In this document: one piece after another, positions 29,783 to 39,207 of the stretch
How the letters are laid out: the number at the start of each line of letters is the position of its first letter
Position numbering within the stretch: position 1 is the stretch's first letter
Position numbers and translations under genes: made by a program
The notes under the pieces: model-generated
What the model was told of the DNA's origin: nothing
Databases searched by the model: none
Seen by the model: the letters and a program-made list of their open reading frames with translations, nothing else
Assembly (NCBI GenBank): GCA_964388155.1
Contig: CAYLYH010000006.1
Location: 11,350-75,349 of the forward strand
Direction of reading: 5' to 3'
Length of the DNA: 64,000 nt
From: an uncultured bacterium
Lineage (GTDB): Bacteria; Fidelibacterota; Marinisomatia; Marinisomatales; JACNKV01

Positions 29783-30328
29783 GTGTCAACAAAAGAGATC
29801 ATAAAATTAGGAGATCCTATTCTTCGTAAGGCGTGTTTGCAGGTTGAAGACTTTTCAATGCTTTCTTCAATTATTGATGATATGTTTGATGCAATGTATG
29901 AGAGTGAAGGGATTGGGTTGGCTGCAAATCAAGTCAATTTAGACATGAATCTGTTTATATTGCACGTTCCGGGGGAAGATGAAAATGATGATGGAGAACC
30001 GCGGATATTTGTTAACAGTAAAATTATTGCAACAGAGGGAGAATCCAAAGATTCAGAAGGGTGTTTATCTATTCCCGGTGTCCGATTGGAGATTACACGT
30101 CCTGAAACAATTACACTTGAATATCAGGATATGGACAGAAATAGTCATGTTGAGAAGTTTAGTGGTTTGACAGCGCGGGCGATTCAGCATGAAACAGATC
30201 ATCTGATTGGTGTTTTAATTACGGATAAAGTGAGTCAGGTTCAAAAACTTCAATATAAACAAGATCTGAAAGAGATTGAAAGACAGGCAAAGGTTCGGTA
30301 TTCTGAGAGGCAATCCGGAGGCGACTGA
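29783..30328 (+). CDS. def: peptide deformylase
   Basis: GIGLAANQ, EGCLSIPG and QHETDHL motifs, GTG start. Confidence 0.94.
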   Translation: MSTKEIIKLGDPILRKACLQVEDFSMLSSIIDDMFDAMYESEGIGLAANQVNLDMNLFILHVPGEDENDDGEPRIFVNSKIIATEGESKDSEGCLSIPGVRLEITRPETITLEYQDMDRNSHVEKFSGLTARAIQHETDHLIGVLITDKVSQVQKLQYKQDLKEIERQAKVRYSERQSGGD

Positions 30329-30399
30329 TTTTTTTTGTATTATTTGCTGAACGGAATTTTCAGGTTCAACATAACCTACGTTTTTTCAGGAGATAAAAA

Positions 30400-31332
30400 A
30401 TGCGGGTGATTTTTATGGGGAACCCGGAATTCGCTGTTCCTTGTCTTCAACGTTTAAACGCATCTTCTCATGAAGTTGTTGCGGTCGTTACAAATCCGCC
30501 AAAACGGATGGGGAGAGGGAAAAAAGAACAAAATTCTGATGTCCATTGTGCTGCGGTTGACCTAAATTTGCCGGTTATATTTGCAGAAACCCTGAAGGAA
30601 GCGTCTCTCGTCAGCCGGTTAACAGACCTTTCCGCAGATGTGTTTGCTGTAGTTGCATACAGAATTCTCCCCAAAGAATTATTAGCGATTCCCGTTGTTG
30701 GATCTGTTAATTTGCATGGTTCACTTCTGCCCGCTTATCGTGGAGCTGCCCCCATACAACGTGCGATTATGAATGGGGATTCCAGCACCGGCTTGACCAT
30801 GTTTTTGCTTGATACAAAAGTGGACACAGGGAAAATACTTACCCAAAAGAAAATGGAAATTACCTCTGAGGATACTTATGGAACGATGTCAGAGAAAATG
30901 AGTATAGCAGGTGCAGAATTACTGACTAAAACGATGGATGCCATAGAGACAAAAACTGTTCAACCTACTTCCCAGGATCATTCAAATGCAACATCCGCCC
31001 CAAAGATTCGCCCGGAAGAACGGGAAATCAATTGGTCAAACTCAGCTGAAGAAATACGAAATATCGTTCGTGGGATAACACCGATTCCCGGAGCATTTAC
31101 GACGAAAGATTCAACGCGTATAAAAATACTTAAAACAGAAGTGATTTCGCCATCTCAGCCAAAAACAGTACCCGGGACAGTCACAGAGCTCACTAAAACT
31201 AGCTTAATTATTCAAACAGGTGATGGCTCATTGTCTATTTTATCTCTTCAGCGTGAAGGAAAAAAGAAGATGAAAATTGTCGACTTTCTAAAAAGCGATT
31301 TCTTTAAGGTCGGGGACAAACTTGGAACCTAA
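30400..31332 (+). CDS. fmt: methionyl-tRNA formyltransferase
   Basis: HGSLLPAYRGAAPIQ motif, 310 aa, follows def. Confidence 0.94.
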   Translation: MRVIFMGNPEFAVPCLQRLNASSHEVVAVVTNPPKRMGRGKKEQNSDVHCAAVDLNLPVIFAETLKEASLVSRLTDLSADVFAVVAYRILPKELLAIPVVGSVNLHGSLLPAYRGAAPIQRAIMNGDSSTGLTMFLLDTKVDTGKILTQKKMEITSEDTYGTMSEKMSIAGAELLTKTMDAIETKTVQPTSQDHSNATSAPKIRPEEREINWSNSAEEIRNIVRGITPIPGAFTTKDSTRIKILKTEVISPSQPKTVPGTVTELTKTSLIIQTGDGSLSILSLQREGKKKMKIVDFLKSDFFKVGDKLGT

Positions 31333-32600
31333 TGAGTGATGCACGTGAACATGCCCTGAATATTCTGGAGCAATTCCGAAAAACCAATATTCGTCTGAAA
31401 TCTCTTATTGATTCCTACTATAACGACACACACCTCATCACCTCAGATCGACAAAGAATCCTCGTACTAACGCGGGAAGTTCTGCGATGGAAACGCAGGC
31501 TTGATTTGTGGATTGATTCTGCGCTTACAAAACCAATTAACACGCTACAGCCACGGTTATTAACTTTGTTGGAAATTGCCGTTTACGAATTGATCGTGGA
31601 TGAGAAAGCCCCCGATTATGCAGTGATACATTCTGCAGTTGAATTGACAAAGAAACGAGTAGGACGACACACATCAGGATTGGTGAATGCTGTGCTTAGG
31701 AAGTTAAAGAATGTCGATATGGATACAAAACAGGACAATGCAACATTATCTGAATGGGTGTCAATGCCGGAGTGGTTATATCATCGTTGGGAGTCTCGAT
31801 TTGGAGATGACGTAACACATTTATGTTTAACGTTGAATATACCGGCAAATTTGACTGTTAGGCGAAATGTGTTAAAAATTGACGAAGCAACATTTGTTGA
31901 GTTGCTTCTACAAGATAATATCCTGTGTGAAACCATTCCCAGTACAGACCGATTTTATCATGTTAAAAAAGGCGGTGATAAATTACGTCATCATCCGCTG
32001 TTTTTGAACGGCTCGTTCTCATTCCAAGACCGCGGAGCCGGAATGGTGGTTGAATTGTTAGATCCACAGCCCGGAGAAACTCTCCTGGATGTCTGTGCTG
32101 CCCCCGGGACAAAGGCGTTATATTGTGCAGAACGGATGAATGCCGATGGGGAAATTCTGGCATACGACAGTAACCCAGAACGAGTAAATCTGGGGAAGCA
32201 TGACGTGCAGCGACATGAGATGACTAATATTCAGTGGGGCGTAAAAGATGCCGTGAAGGATGTATATCCCAAGGCTGATAGAATTATGGTTGATGCCCCC
32301 TGCACAGGGACAGGTGTGATTGGTCGGAGACCGGATATTAAATGGCGACGATCATCCGAACAGATACATGAAATGAGTTCACTTCAATTGGATATATTAC
32401 AAAATGTAAGTCAATATGTAAAACACGGGGGAATATTGCTTTATTCTACGTGCTCGCTTGAGCCCGAAGAGAATTGGAATGTAGTTGAAGCATTCCTTAA
32501 ATTAAACGATGGATTTCATGTCAAAGACACACTGGAACTTTTTCCGCACACGTCACATACAGATGGTATGTATGCTGTGAAGATGGAACGAGAAATATGA
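31332..32600 (+). CDS. rsmB: 16S rRNA (cytosine967-C5)-methyltransferase
   Basis: N-terminal NusB-like domain, SAM site DVCAAPGTK, catalytic DAPCTGTG and YSTCS. Confidence 0.9.
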   Translation: MSDAREHALNILEQFRKTNIRLKSLIDSYYNDTHLITSDRQRILVLTREVLRWKRRLDLWIDSALTKPINTLQPRLLTLLEIAVYELIVDEKAPDYAVIHSAVELTKKRVGRHTSGLVNAVLRKLKNVDMDTKQDNATLSEWVSMPEWLYHRWESRFGDDVTHLCLTLNIPANLTVRRNVLKIDEATFVELLLQDNILCETIPSTDRFYHVKKGGDKLRHHPLFLNGSFSFQDRGAGMVVELLDPQPGETLLDVCAAPGTKALYCAERMNADGEILAYDSNPERVNLGKHDVQRHEMTNIQWGVKDAVKDVYPKADRIMVDAPCTGTGVIGRRPDIKWRRSSEQIHEMSSLQLDILQNVSQYVKHGGILLYSTCSLEPEENWNVVEAFLKLNDGFHVKDTLELFPHTSHTDGMYAVKMEREI

Positions 32601-33355
32601 AACCACTATTACATTATTTGATTGCGATTGGCGTGATAATGGCTGCCGGGTTGCTCTTGTTAGAGACAGTTATCATGCCCATGTATGTTCGTGCTGATCA
32701 GAAACATGTTTTAGCGAATGTCCAGCATCGGCCATTGTATCAAGCACGGCGTATTTTAATTTCAGAAGGATTTAAAGCAATCGTTGAAGATACGGTCTAT
32801 TCAAACTATGCTGCACCCAATACGGTGGTTGATCAATATCCGAAACCCGGAAAGATGGTAAAACCAGGTCGAACGGTGAGACTAAAAATATCCCAACCGG
32901 AAAAACTAGTATCTGTTCCAAAACTTATCGGACATACATTAAGAAGTGCTGAACTTAGCCTTCAGCAAATTGGATTGGTTGTGGATACGGTGTACACAGA
33001 GTATAATCCAAATTATCCCAAAGGAACAATTGCCTGGCAATCACCCAAAGGCGGTGATATGTTAAAAAAAGGATTTGGGATTCACATGACCGTAAGCAAA
33101 GGGATACCTCCGAACTTTTTTCAAATTCCTAATTTGTTTGGGTTAAGTTTAGATAATGCGGAAAAACATCTGAAAAAAGCAGGACTAACATTAGGGCGTG
33201 TCGAATACCGGCAAAATGAAGATTTAATTCCTTATACCGTATTGAGCCAATCTATTGAAGCCGAAACGGTTTTAGATAGATCAATGCCCATAGACATTAT
33301 CGTTAGCGTATTAGATATGCAGGATGTTTTTGACGAAATGATGGGAAGAGATTAG
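32597..33355 (+). CDS. membrane-anchored PASTA-domain protein (3 PASTA repeats)
   Basis: One N-terminal TM, then three PASTA-like units of about 65 aa (VP.L.G....A...L...GL). Confidence 0.75.
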   Translation: MKPLLHYLIAIGVIMAAGLLLLETVIMPMYVRADQKHVLANVQHRPLYQARRILISEGFKAIVEDTVYSNYAAPNTVVDQYPKPGKMVKPGRTVRLKISQPEKLVSVPKLIGHTLRSAELSLQQIGLVVDTVYTEYNPNYPKGTIAWQSPKGGDMLKKGFGIHMTVSKGIPPNFFQIPNLFGLSLDNAEKHLKKAGLTLGRVEYRQNEDLIPYTVLSQSIEAETVLDRSMPIDIIVSVLDMQDVFDEMMGRD

Positions 33356-33362
33356 AAAAAAC

Positions 33363-33397
33363 AGTGAGTAGTGAAGAGTAAGTAGTGAGAAGTGAAA
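33363..33397 (+). repeat. C-free heptamer array AGTGARN x5 (agtgagt agtgaag agtaagt agtgaga agtgaaa) just after the PASTA gene stop
   Basis: Read directly. It is dense in TGA/TAG/TAA in several frames. Confidence 0.85.
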
Positions 33398-33444
33398 ACA
33401 CAACCCATATTTATAGAGAAGAAGAGCACACTAACACTTAAATT

Positions 33445-34041
33445 ATGCTGAAAAAAGGAGACATATACAGAAAAGTATTTCATCTTGGGAATATGATATT
33501 TCCGTTAGGTTACTGGTTTTTCATTTTAACCAAAACTGAGATGATTATCATCACGGGAAGTTTATTATTGCTCTCTGTTATTATTGATGTACTTCGATTA
33601 AAAAATGATAGACTCCAACAATTTTTCCGCCGGTGGCTTCATGTGATGATGAAAACAGACGAAGTAGAGGGCAGGTTCACCGGTGCAACCTGGGTAATGA
33701 CAGGTGTATTTCTTACCGTCATTCTATTCCCAAAAGAGGTTGCCATTCCGGCGATGCTATTTTTATCTGTGGGGGATTCCGTGGCAGCGATTGTAGGGTT
33801 GAAATACGGTCGGATTCACATCGGAAAGAAAACGCTGGAAGGGGCACTTGCCGGATTCGTTTCCTGTTTGTCTGTCGTCGCTTTTTATCCCGACGTTTCT
33901 TTTTTCATAAGAATCATGGGAGCCGTCACGGCAATGCTTGTGGAGCTTTTTCCAATTCCAATAGATGATAATGTCCGAATACCGGTTTTGTCCGGTGCAG
34001 TAATGTACGGGCTGTATTATTTTGGATATAACATTGTATAG
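33445..34041 (+). CDS. polyprenol/dolichol-kinase-like membrane protein (CTP-dependent kinase / CdsA superfamily)
   Basis: 198 aa with about 6 TM helices. The SVGDSVAAIVGLKYGR motif resembles the phytol/dolichol kinase family. Confidence 0.55.
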   Translation: MLKKGDIYRKVFHLGNMIFPLGYWFFILTKTEMIIITGSLLLLSVIIDVLRLKNDRLQQFFRRWLHVMMKTDEVEGRFTGATWVMTGVFLTVILFPKEVAIPAMLFLSVGDSVAAIVGLKYGRIHIGKKTLEGALAGFVSCLSVVAFYPDVSFFIRIMGAVTAMLVELFPIPIDDNVRIPVLSGAVMYGLYYFGYNIV

Positions 34042-34049
34042 ATAAACGA

Positions 34050-36119
34050 ATGACATTTTTATCACCAAGCATATTATGGGGATTGGCAGCTGCGAGCATC
34101 CCAATAATTATCCATCTTATCTCGTTAAAAAATACACGAGAAATTGAGTTTAGTACGTTGCGCTTCATCCAGGAACTTGAGCATGAAACACTCCGAAAGT
34201 TAAAACTGCGGCAATGGCTGTTAATTCTCTTGCGTGTATTGGCGATCATTTTCTTGGTGCTGATGTTTGCTCGTCCGGTTCAGCAGGGATTTTTATCCGG
34301 GTGGGAAGCAGGAGAAAGAGAGTCAACCGTGATTATCATCCTTGATAACTCTGCTAGTATGGCTGCGAAAATTGACGGAACGTCATTGTTGGAATCAGGA
34401 AAAAAATCCATTCCAAACATTTTGGATGTATTCGAAGGAAAAACAAACGTAGAGCTTTATCAGACAAATCCTGTAAAAAATTTGTATGATGGTGAACCGA
34501 ATATTAACACCATAAATGAAATTCTCAATTCTGTCCCGCAAGCTTATACTGCCGACCGATTATTTCCCGTTGTCGAATCCGTTATAACATCGATAACGGC
34601 ATCAGCACCAAACCGTGAGTGTTTCCTTATTAGTGATTTCTCTCGACCGTTGGACATACAGGAATTGCAAAAACTGAAGTTAAAGGAAACATCCTGGCGG
34701 TTCTACTGTTTGGGGCAATTACCTATTACAGAAAACCTCTCGCTCAGAGAGGTACAGGCTGTCAGTCAAATTCGCTTGCCAAATCATTTGTTAAAATTGA
34801 ATACACGAATTACCAATGATGGAAAGACGGTAAAAAAAAATCATGCAGTTGAACTCTATTTAAATAATGAACGTCTTGGACAAGTTGTGTCCACATTCCA
34901 ACCGGAAAAGACAAAAGAATTCCTGTTTCAAGCTTATCCGGGGAAAAGCGGAATTATTCGAGGAAAAGTGATTCTCCCCGATGATGATTTTGCTCTGGAT
35001 AATCAATGGAATTTTGAACTGCCCATCCCGGAACAGATAGCCATTACCTTAGTCGGCAACTCAAAAGAGGAATTATTCCTGCTTGAAACGGCACTGTCCT
35101 CTATTGATAACCAATCGGGATTTTTATTTATTCGTCCACAGATTACTTCTTCAATAAACAGACTTTATTTAGATGAAAGTGACGTATTAATTTTGCACAA
35201 TCCGGGCAAGTTGTCGAATAAAGCAGTTGAAGATATTCAGACGTTTTTACGCAGAGGAGGTGGCGTCTTGTGGTTTGCCGGGGAGCAGCAGGTAGCGTTG
35301 AAAGACAATAAAATGGAGGGAGCAGTTGGTATCCCTGAAAGTATTGATTTACACAAGTTAAGCGGAGAAGCCTATTTTTCTGTAGCACCTAAAATGGATG
35401 ACCACCCTATCCTTGCCGATTTAAATTTGCGGGAGATCCAAAACGAGCTTCCTCAGATATTTCGGTATGTTGAAACGAAAAATGTGATAAATGAAACCAC
35501 AATTCTGAACGTAGGAAAATCTCATCCGTACTTGACGGAAATTCAGGTGCATAACGGCACGATTTATTATTTTACTTCGCTGATCGATCTTAATTGGAAT
35601 GACCTTCCTGTACGTGGATTTATGGTCCCGATTTTGCATAGGATTCTCTTGCTTCTTGCTACCGATGAGTCGAATACAAAGTCCGTTGTGGTCGGAGAAA
35701 CGAAAACCATTAAACTTGACCGGGAGCTTATCAACTCGCAGTGGTCTCTCGAAACGCCGTCCGGGCAATCCATTTTGCTCATCCCTGATTTTAATCGCGA
35801 GGCGCTAAACATTACTCAGACAACTGAATTGGGATCGTATAATGTCCGGTCTGATGGGTATCCGTACACAGCTTTTTCTGCTCGTTTATCTCCCAGAGAA
35901 TACCCCTCCAACCGAATGCCGGAGTCTGACGTGCGTAAATTCCTCCCGAATGATAAAACCCGTTGGATTGAGCCCTCTGTTGATTTAACGAAGGAATTAA
36001 ACTCCATCCGATACGGACGTTCATTGTGGCGGATATTTCTTATTTTAGCCATCATCACATTGATTATTGAATCTGCAGTTGGACGCACAAAGTCCGAAGA
36101 ACTCAAACAGCAACATTAA
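34050..36119 (+). CDS. BatA-N (aerotolerance regulator N-terminal) domain membrane protein
   Basis: N-terminal F..P..LWGLAAASIPIIIHLI signature, a second TM, a large periplasmic region and a C-terminal TM. 689 aa. Confidence 0.6.
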   Translation: MTFLSPSILWGLAAASIPIIIHLISLKNTREIEFSTLRFIQELEHETLRKLKLRQWLLILLRVLAIIFLVLMFARPVQQGFLSGWEAGERESTVIIILDNSASMAAKIDGTSLLESGKKSIPNILDVFEGKTNVELYQTNPVKNLYDGEPNINTINEILNSVPQAYTADRLFPVVESVITSITASAPNRECFLISDFSRPLDIQELQKLKLKETSWRFYCLGQLPITENLSLREVQAVSQIRLPNHLLKLNTRITNDGKTVKKNHAVELYLNNERLGQVVSTFQPEKTKEFLFQAYPGKSGIIRGKVILPDDDFALDNQWNFELPIPEQIAITLVGNSKEELFLLETALSSIDNQSGFLFIRPQITSSINRLYLDESDVLILHNPGKLSNKAVEDIQTFLRRGGGVLWFAGEQQVALKDNKMEGAVGIPESIDLHKLSGEAYFSVAPKMDDHPILADLNLREIQNELPQIFRYVETKNVINETTILNVGKSHPYLTEIQVHNGTIYYFTSLIDLNWNDLPVRGFMVPILHRILLLLATDESNTKSVVVGETKTIKLDRELINSQWSLETPSGQSILLIPDFNREALNITQTTELGSYNVRSDGYPYTAFSARLSPREYPSNRMPESDVRKFLPNDKTRWIEPSVDLTKELNSIRYGRSLWRIFLILAIITLIIESAVGRTKSEELKQQH

Positions 36120-36121
36120 TC

Positions 36122-37393
36122 ATGGAACGCAAAATCGATATTCGAAATGAAAAAGCCATCCTTGTTGGTGTGGTTACAGGCGGAATGACACCGGAAACGA
36201 TGCAGGAGCATTTGGACGAATTAACATTACTGGCGAACACCGCCGGTGCTGAGGTTATCGAGCAGGTGACGCAACGCTTAGCAAAAATTAATCCTGCATT
36301 TTATGTGGGAAAAGGGAAAGCATCTCAAATTGTCGGTCAAGCTGAAGAACTTCGCGCAAATCTTATCATCTTTGATGAAGACTTAAGTCCGGCGCAGACA
36401 AAAAATTATCAGAATCTTACTGAAAATATCAAGGTCATTGATCGGAGTGCTCTCATTCTTGATATTTTTCGGAAACACGCGAAATCGAAAGAAGCGAAAA
36501 CTCAGGTGGAGCTTGCGCATCTCCAGTATATCCTGCCACGGTTAACCCGTATGTGGACACACCTTGAACGACAAATGGGTGGAATAGGTACCCGTGCCGG
36601 TGCAGGGGAAACACAGATTGAGGTAGATAGACGATTAATTCGCAACCGCATTGCCGGTTTGAAAAAAGATTTGAGTCGGATTGAAAAAGAACGTGTTACG
36701 CAATCGAAGCGTCGGAAAAATGAATTTAAAGTAGCATTGGTCGGATATACGAATGCCGGAAAGTCGACTATTATGAATACCGTCTCCGGAGCAAATGTAT
36801 ATATAGAGGATCAACTCTTTGCTACATTGGATACAACTACACGTGCCGTAAAGCTCAAAAACGGGTTGGGATTTTTACTGAGCGATACTGTCGGGTTCAT
36901 CCGCAAACTTCCCCATCATTTGGTGGCAAGCTTCGGAAGTACGCTGAAGGAAGTGGTAGAATCCAACCTTATTTTGATTGTATTGGATGCGTCATCAGAA
37001 CAGATTACAGATCATTACAAGACAATTCAATCTGTGTTGAAAGAACTGAAAGCACACAAACTTCGATCGTTGGTCGTGCTGAATAAAATTGATTTGGTGA
37101 ACGAAAGCAGCCGGTTAAAGTATTTGAAACGGGTGTATCCCGATGGCGTGATGATTTCTGCAAAAAACCATTTGCGAATTGACCACTTGCTTGAGACGAT
37201 TGAGATAATTATGAAGGAAGCCTACTCCACGATAGCAATGCATTTTACCTATGAGCAAGGACAAGTGATGGCGCAAACTGAACAGGGAATGGAAGTTTTA
37301 GAGCGACATTACGGAGAAGACGGCGTAACGCTAACTCTCCGCGGATCGATCGACCGGATTGAAAAAATAAGGTCCTTATTTGGTGTGGATTGA
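36122..37393 (+). CDS. hflX: GTPase HflX
   Basis: HflX N-domain, G1 GYTNAGKST, G3 DTVGF, G4 NKID. Confidence 0.93.
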   Translation: MERKIDIRNEKAILVGVVTGGMTPETMQEHLDELTLLANTAGAEVIEQVTQRLAKINPAFYVGKGKASQIVGQAEELRANLIIFDEDLSPAQTKNYQNLTENIKVIDRSALILDIFRKHAKSKEAKTQVELAHLQYILPRLTRMWTHLERQMGGIGTRAGAGETQIEVDRRLIRNRIAGLKKDLSRIEKERVTQSKRRKNEFKVALVGYTNAGKSTIMNTVSGANVYIEDQLFATLDTTTRAVKLKNGLGFLLSDTVGFIRKLPHHLVASFGSTLKEVVESNLILIVLDASSEQITDHYKTIQSVLKELKAHKLRSLVVLNKIDLVNESSRLKYLKRVYPDGVMISAKNHLRIDHLLETIEIIMKEAYSTIAMHFTYEQGQVMAQTEQGMEVLERHYGEDGVTLTLRGSIDRIEKIRSLFGVD

Positions 37394-37440
37394 CGGAGTT
37401 AATCCACACATCAACTGTGTCGTGGCATTCCATATATACA

Positions 37441-37466
37441 AGAAAGCCCTCAAAAGAGGGCTTTCT
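37441..37466. terminator. strong hairpin agaaagccctc-aaaa-gagggctttct between convergent genes
   Basis: 11-bp perfect stem. The flanks are only weakly U-rich (aattcc on plus, tgtatatat on minus), so the strand and the intrinsic-terminator role are uncertain. Confidence 0.55.
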
Positions 37467-37814
37467 AATTCCGTTGAAGCAGTTTTTCAGGACCGCGTTA
37501 TCACACGGTGGATGCCTCCCGCATACAGCAAACTTCCTTTACCCCAAAACGCATAAGAGAAGGCCTGTTTTTTGTACACGAAGTACAGCTTCCAAGATAT
37601 ATTATTTGAAGATCCTGAAAAAACGTGGTCTCCAACGGAAATTGTAAAATATCTTGTCAAAAGTTAGACAGGAATATTGAGTTAGACAAGAGAAACCGAT
37701 GGTTTATCCCATTTAAAAAAAATCATTCGGACAAGTAAACCTTTGTGAGGAGTGAATTTAAAACTCCAACCCTCCATCAATCTGTTTTAAAAAGCTAAAG
37801 TCTTAACTCCGCTT

Positions 37815-39158
37815 TTAACGGGAAATCGTAATCTCTCCGCTGCCGGTCGCGTAAATCCAGTATCCTTTTCCGGGATAGAGGCTATCTGATAAAACATATC
37901 CGGCGTCCAAAGCATAGCAGGTGTTTGGTTCAATCAGTTCTGAGGAATATAAGGTTTCGACAGAAACAGAAAATGAAAGTCCTGAGATTAAATTCCATGA
38001 TTCCTGAACAAATAACGTTAACTCATTCATTAGATAACCGGTAATCGCGGAATATCCCTCTACCGGGAAACGCAGTAAATATCCCACGCCCAGAGTCAGC
38101 GTATCACAGTTTGTGTATCCGCCATCGAAAGAAAAACATGTCCCGGGGTGCGCGTTTGGGAATACATCCAAATAATGGGAGGACTGTACATCTAAAGGCA
38201 ACCCTACGATATTCCAGTTTTCGTTATTTGCGATGGTGAGTTCAACCATGTCCGATGCGCATGGAAATGTATCTGTTACAGTGGAATCGGAAACAAATGT
38301 CTGCCACTGGATTACCGCATCTTCGGATGGTGACCAAGAAGCCGTATCCGCAAAAAGCGGATAGCAGTCATACTGTGAAATGATGTGTTCCCTTCGGTCT
38401 CCCAACCAGCCCGTTGTGAGATCAACTTCATTTAATGGGTATACTTCATTTGTCGGGAATTCATCCGGGAGTCTCCGTGAGATAATATCCAAAAAATAAT
38501 TGTCTAATAAATATCGGTTTGTAATGCGGTTATGAGCGGCATCCGGTTCCATTGCCAAGCTCCAGGGAGCACCGAGAGGGCGATGTGTTAGAAAAATTCC
38601 GGTGAGGTTCTCGATTCGGTAATCAAGGTCATTTTCACCGATGAACATCAATCCCGGGACGTCTACCGCATCTCTGGCAAACGTGGTGTCGTGATATCCG
38701 CCTTTCATCGTCACAAAGCCGATGATCCGACTGGGCTGCCACAATGTGAAGTGATACGACCATTGACCGCCCCATGAATATCCCTCAAAAAAGAGGGGAG
38801 AGTGTTCAATCTCCGGATGACCGCTTTGCTGAGCAAAATTCGCAAGAGCGTTGAGAAGTGCATCACCAATCCCGGATTCCATGTGCATATTATCAAATTG
38901 GGCACCCATGATGGAAAATTGATTCTCCCGACAGAGTGAGCGCATATCGGGATCGTTGACAATATTCCTTGAATCAGACCCGAGAGGATTCAGATAAACG
39001 TAAATCCCGCGTGATGTATCCGCATCTTCCGGAAGGTAGATTCGAAAGCGTGCGATCGTGTACGTATCATCCGGTCCGGGAGTTGCCGTGTAGTCATACA
39101 CTTGCCCAAACAGTGCGGAGATAAAAAGAGCTGACAGCAGAATAAATTTATGGTTCAT
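37815..39158 (-). CDS. secreted alpha/beta-hydrolase (esterase-like) with C-terminal beta-rich domain
   Basis: Signal peptide MNHKFILLSALFISALFG (ATG 39158 preferred over the listed GTG 39182) and nucleophile elbow GYSWGG (G-x-S-x-G). The C-terminal 130 aa belong to an unassigned domain. Confidence 0.55.
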   Translation of the reverse strand: MNHKFILLSALFISALFGQVYDYTATPGPDDTYTIARFRIYLPEDADTSRGIYVYLNPLGSDSRNIVNDPDMRSLCRENQFSIMGAQFDNMHMESGIGDALLNALANFAQQSGHPEIEHSPLFFEGYSWGGQWSYHFTLWQPSRIIGFVTMKGGYHDTTFARDAVDVPGLMFIGENDLDYRIENLTGIFLTHRPLGAPWSLAMEPDAAHNRITNRYLLDNYFLDIISRRLPDEFPTNEVYPLNEVDLTTGWLGDRREHIISQYDCYPLFADTASWSPSEDAVIQWQTFVSDSTVTDTFPCASDMVELTIANNENWNIVGLPLDVQSSHYLDVFPNAHPGTCFSFDGGYTNCDTLTLGVGYLLRFPVEGYSAITGYLMNELTLFVQESWNLISGLSFSVSVETLYSSELIEPNTCYALDAGYVLSDSLYPGKGYWIYATGSGEITISR

Positions 39159-39207
39159 AGGCTTGTGCTCAAATGGTAACACTTCCTGTTTATCTACTCA
39201 CTACTTT

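Noticed and set aside
33633-34249. Overlapping 107-113-aa ORFs in alternative frames and on the minus strand around the polyprenol-kinase-like gene
   Set aside because: They are Arg/Cys-rich or low-complexity translations. The membrane-protein frame (33445..34041) and the BatA-N gene explain the region.
37470-37500. SRP (4.5S) RNA, prompted by GAAGCAG...CAGGACC
   Set aside because: The order and spacing of the elements do not match SRP domain IV (GGUCC-GGAA-GGAAGCAG), and no complementary closing helix was found.
37390-37647. 85-aa plus-strand ORF after hflX
   Set aside because: It starts inside the hflX stop hairpin, runs through the strong terminator hairpin, and has a basic low-complexity translation with no RBS. 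It is treated as non-coding.
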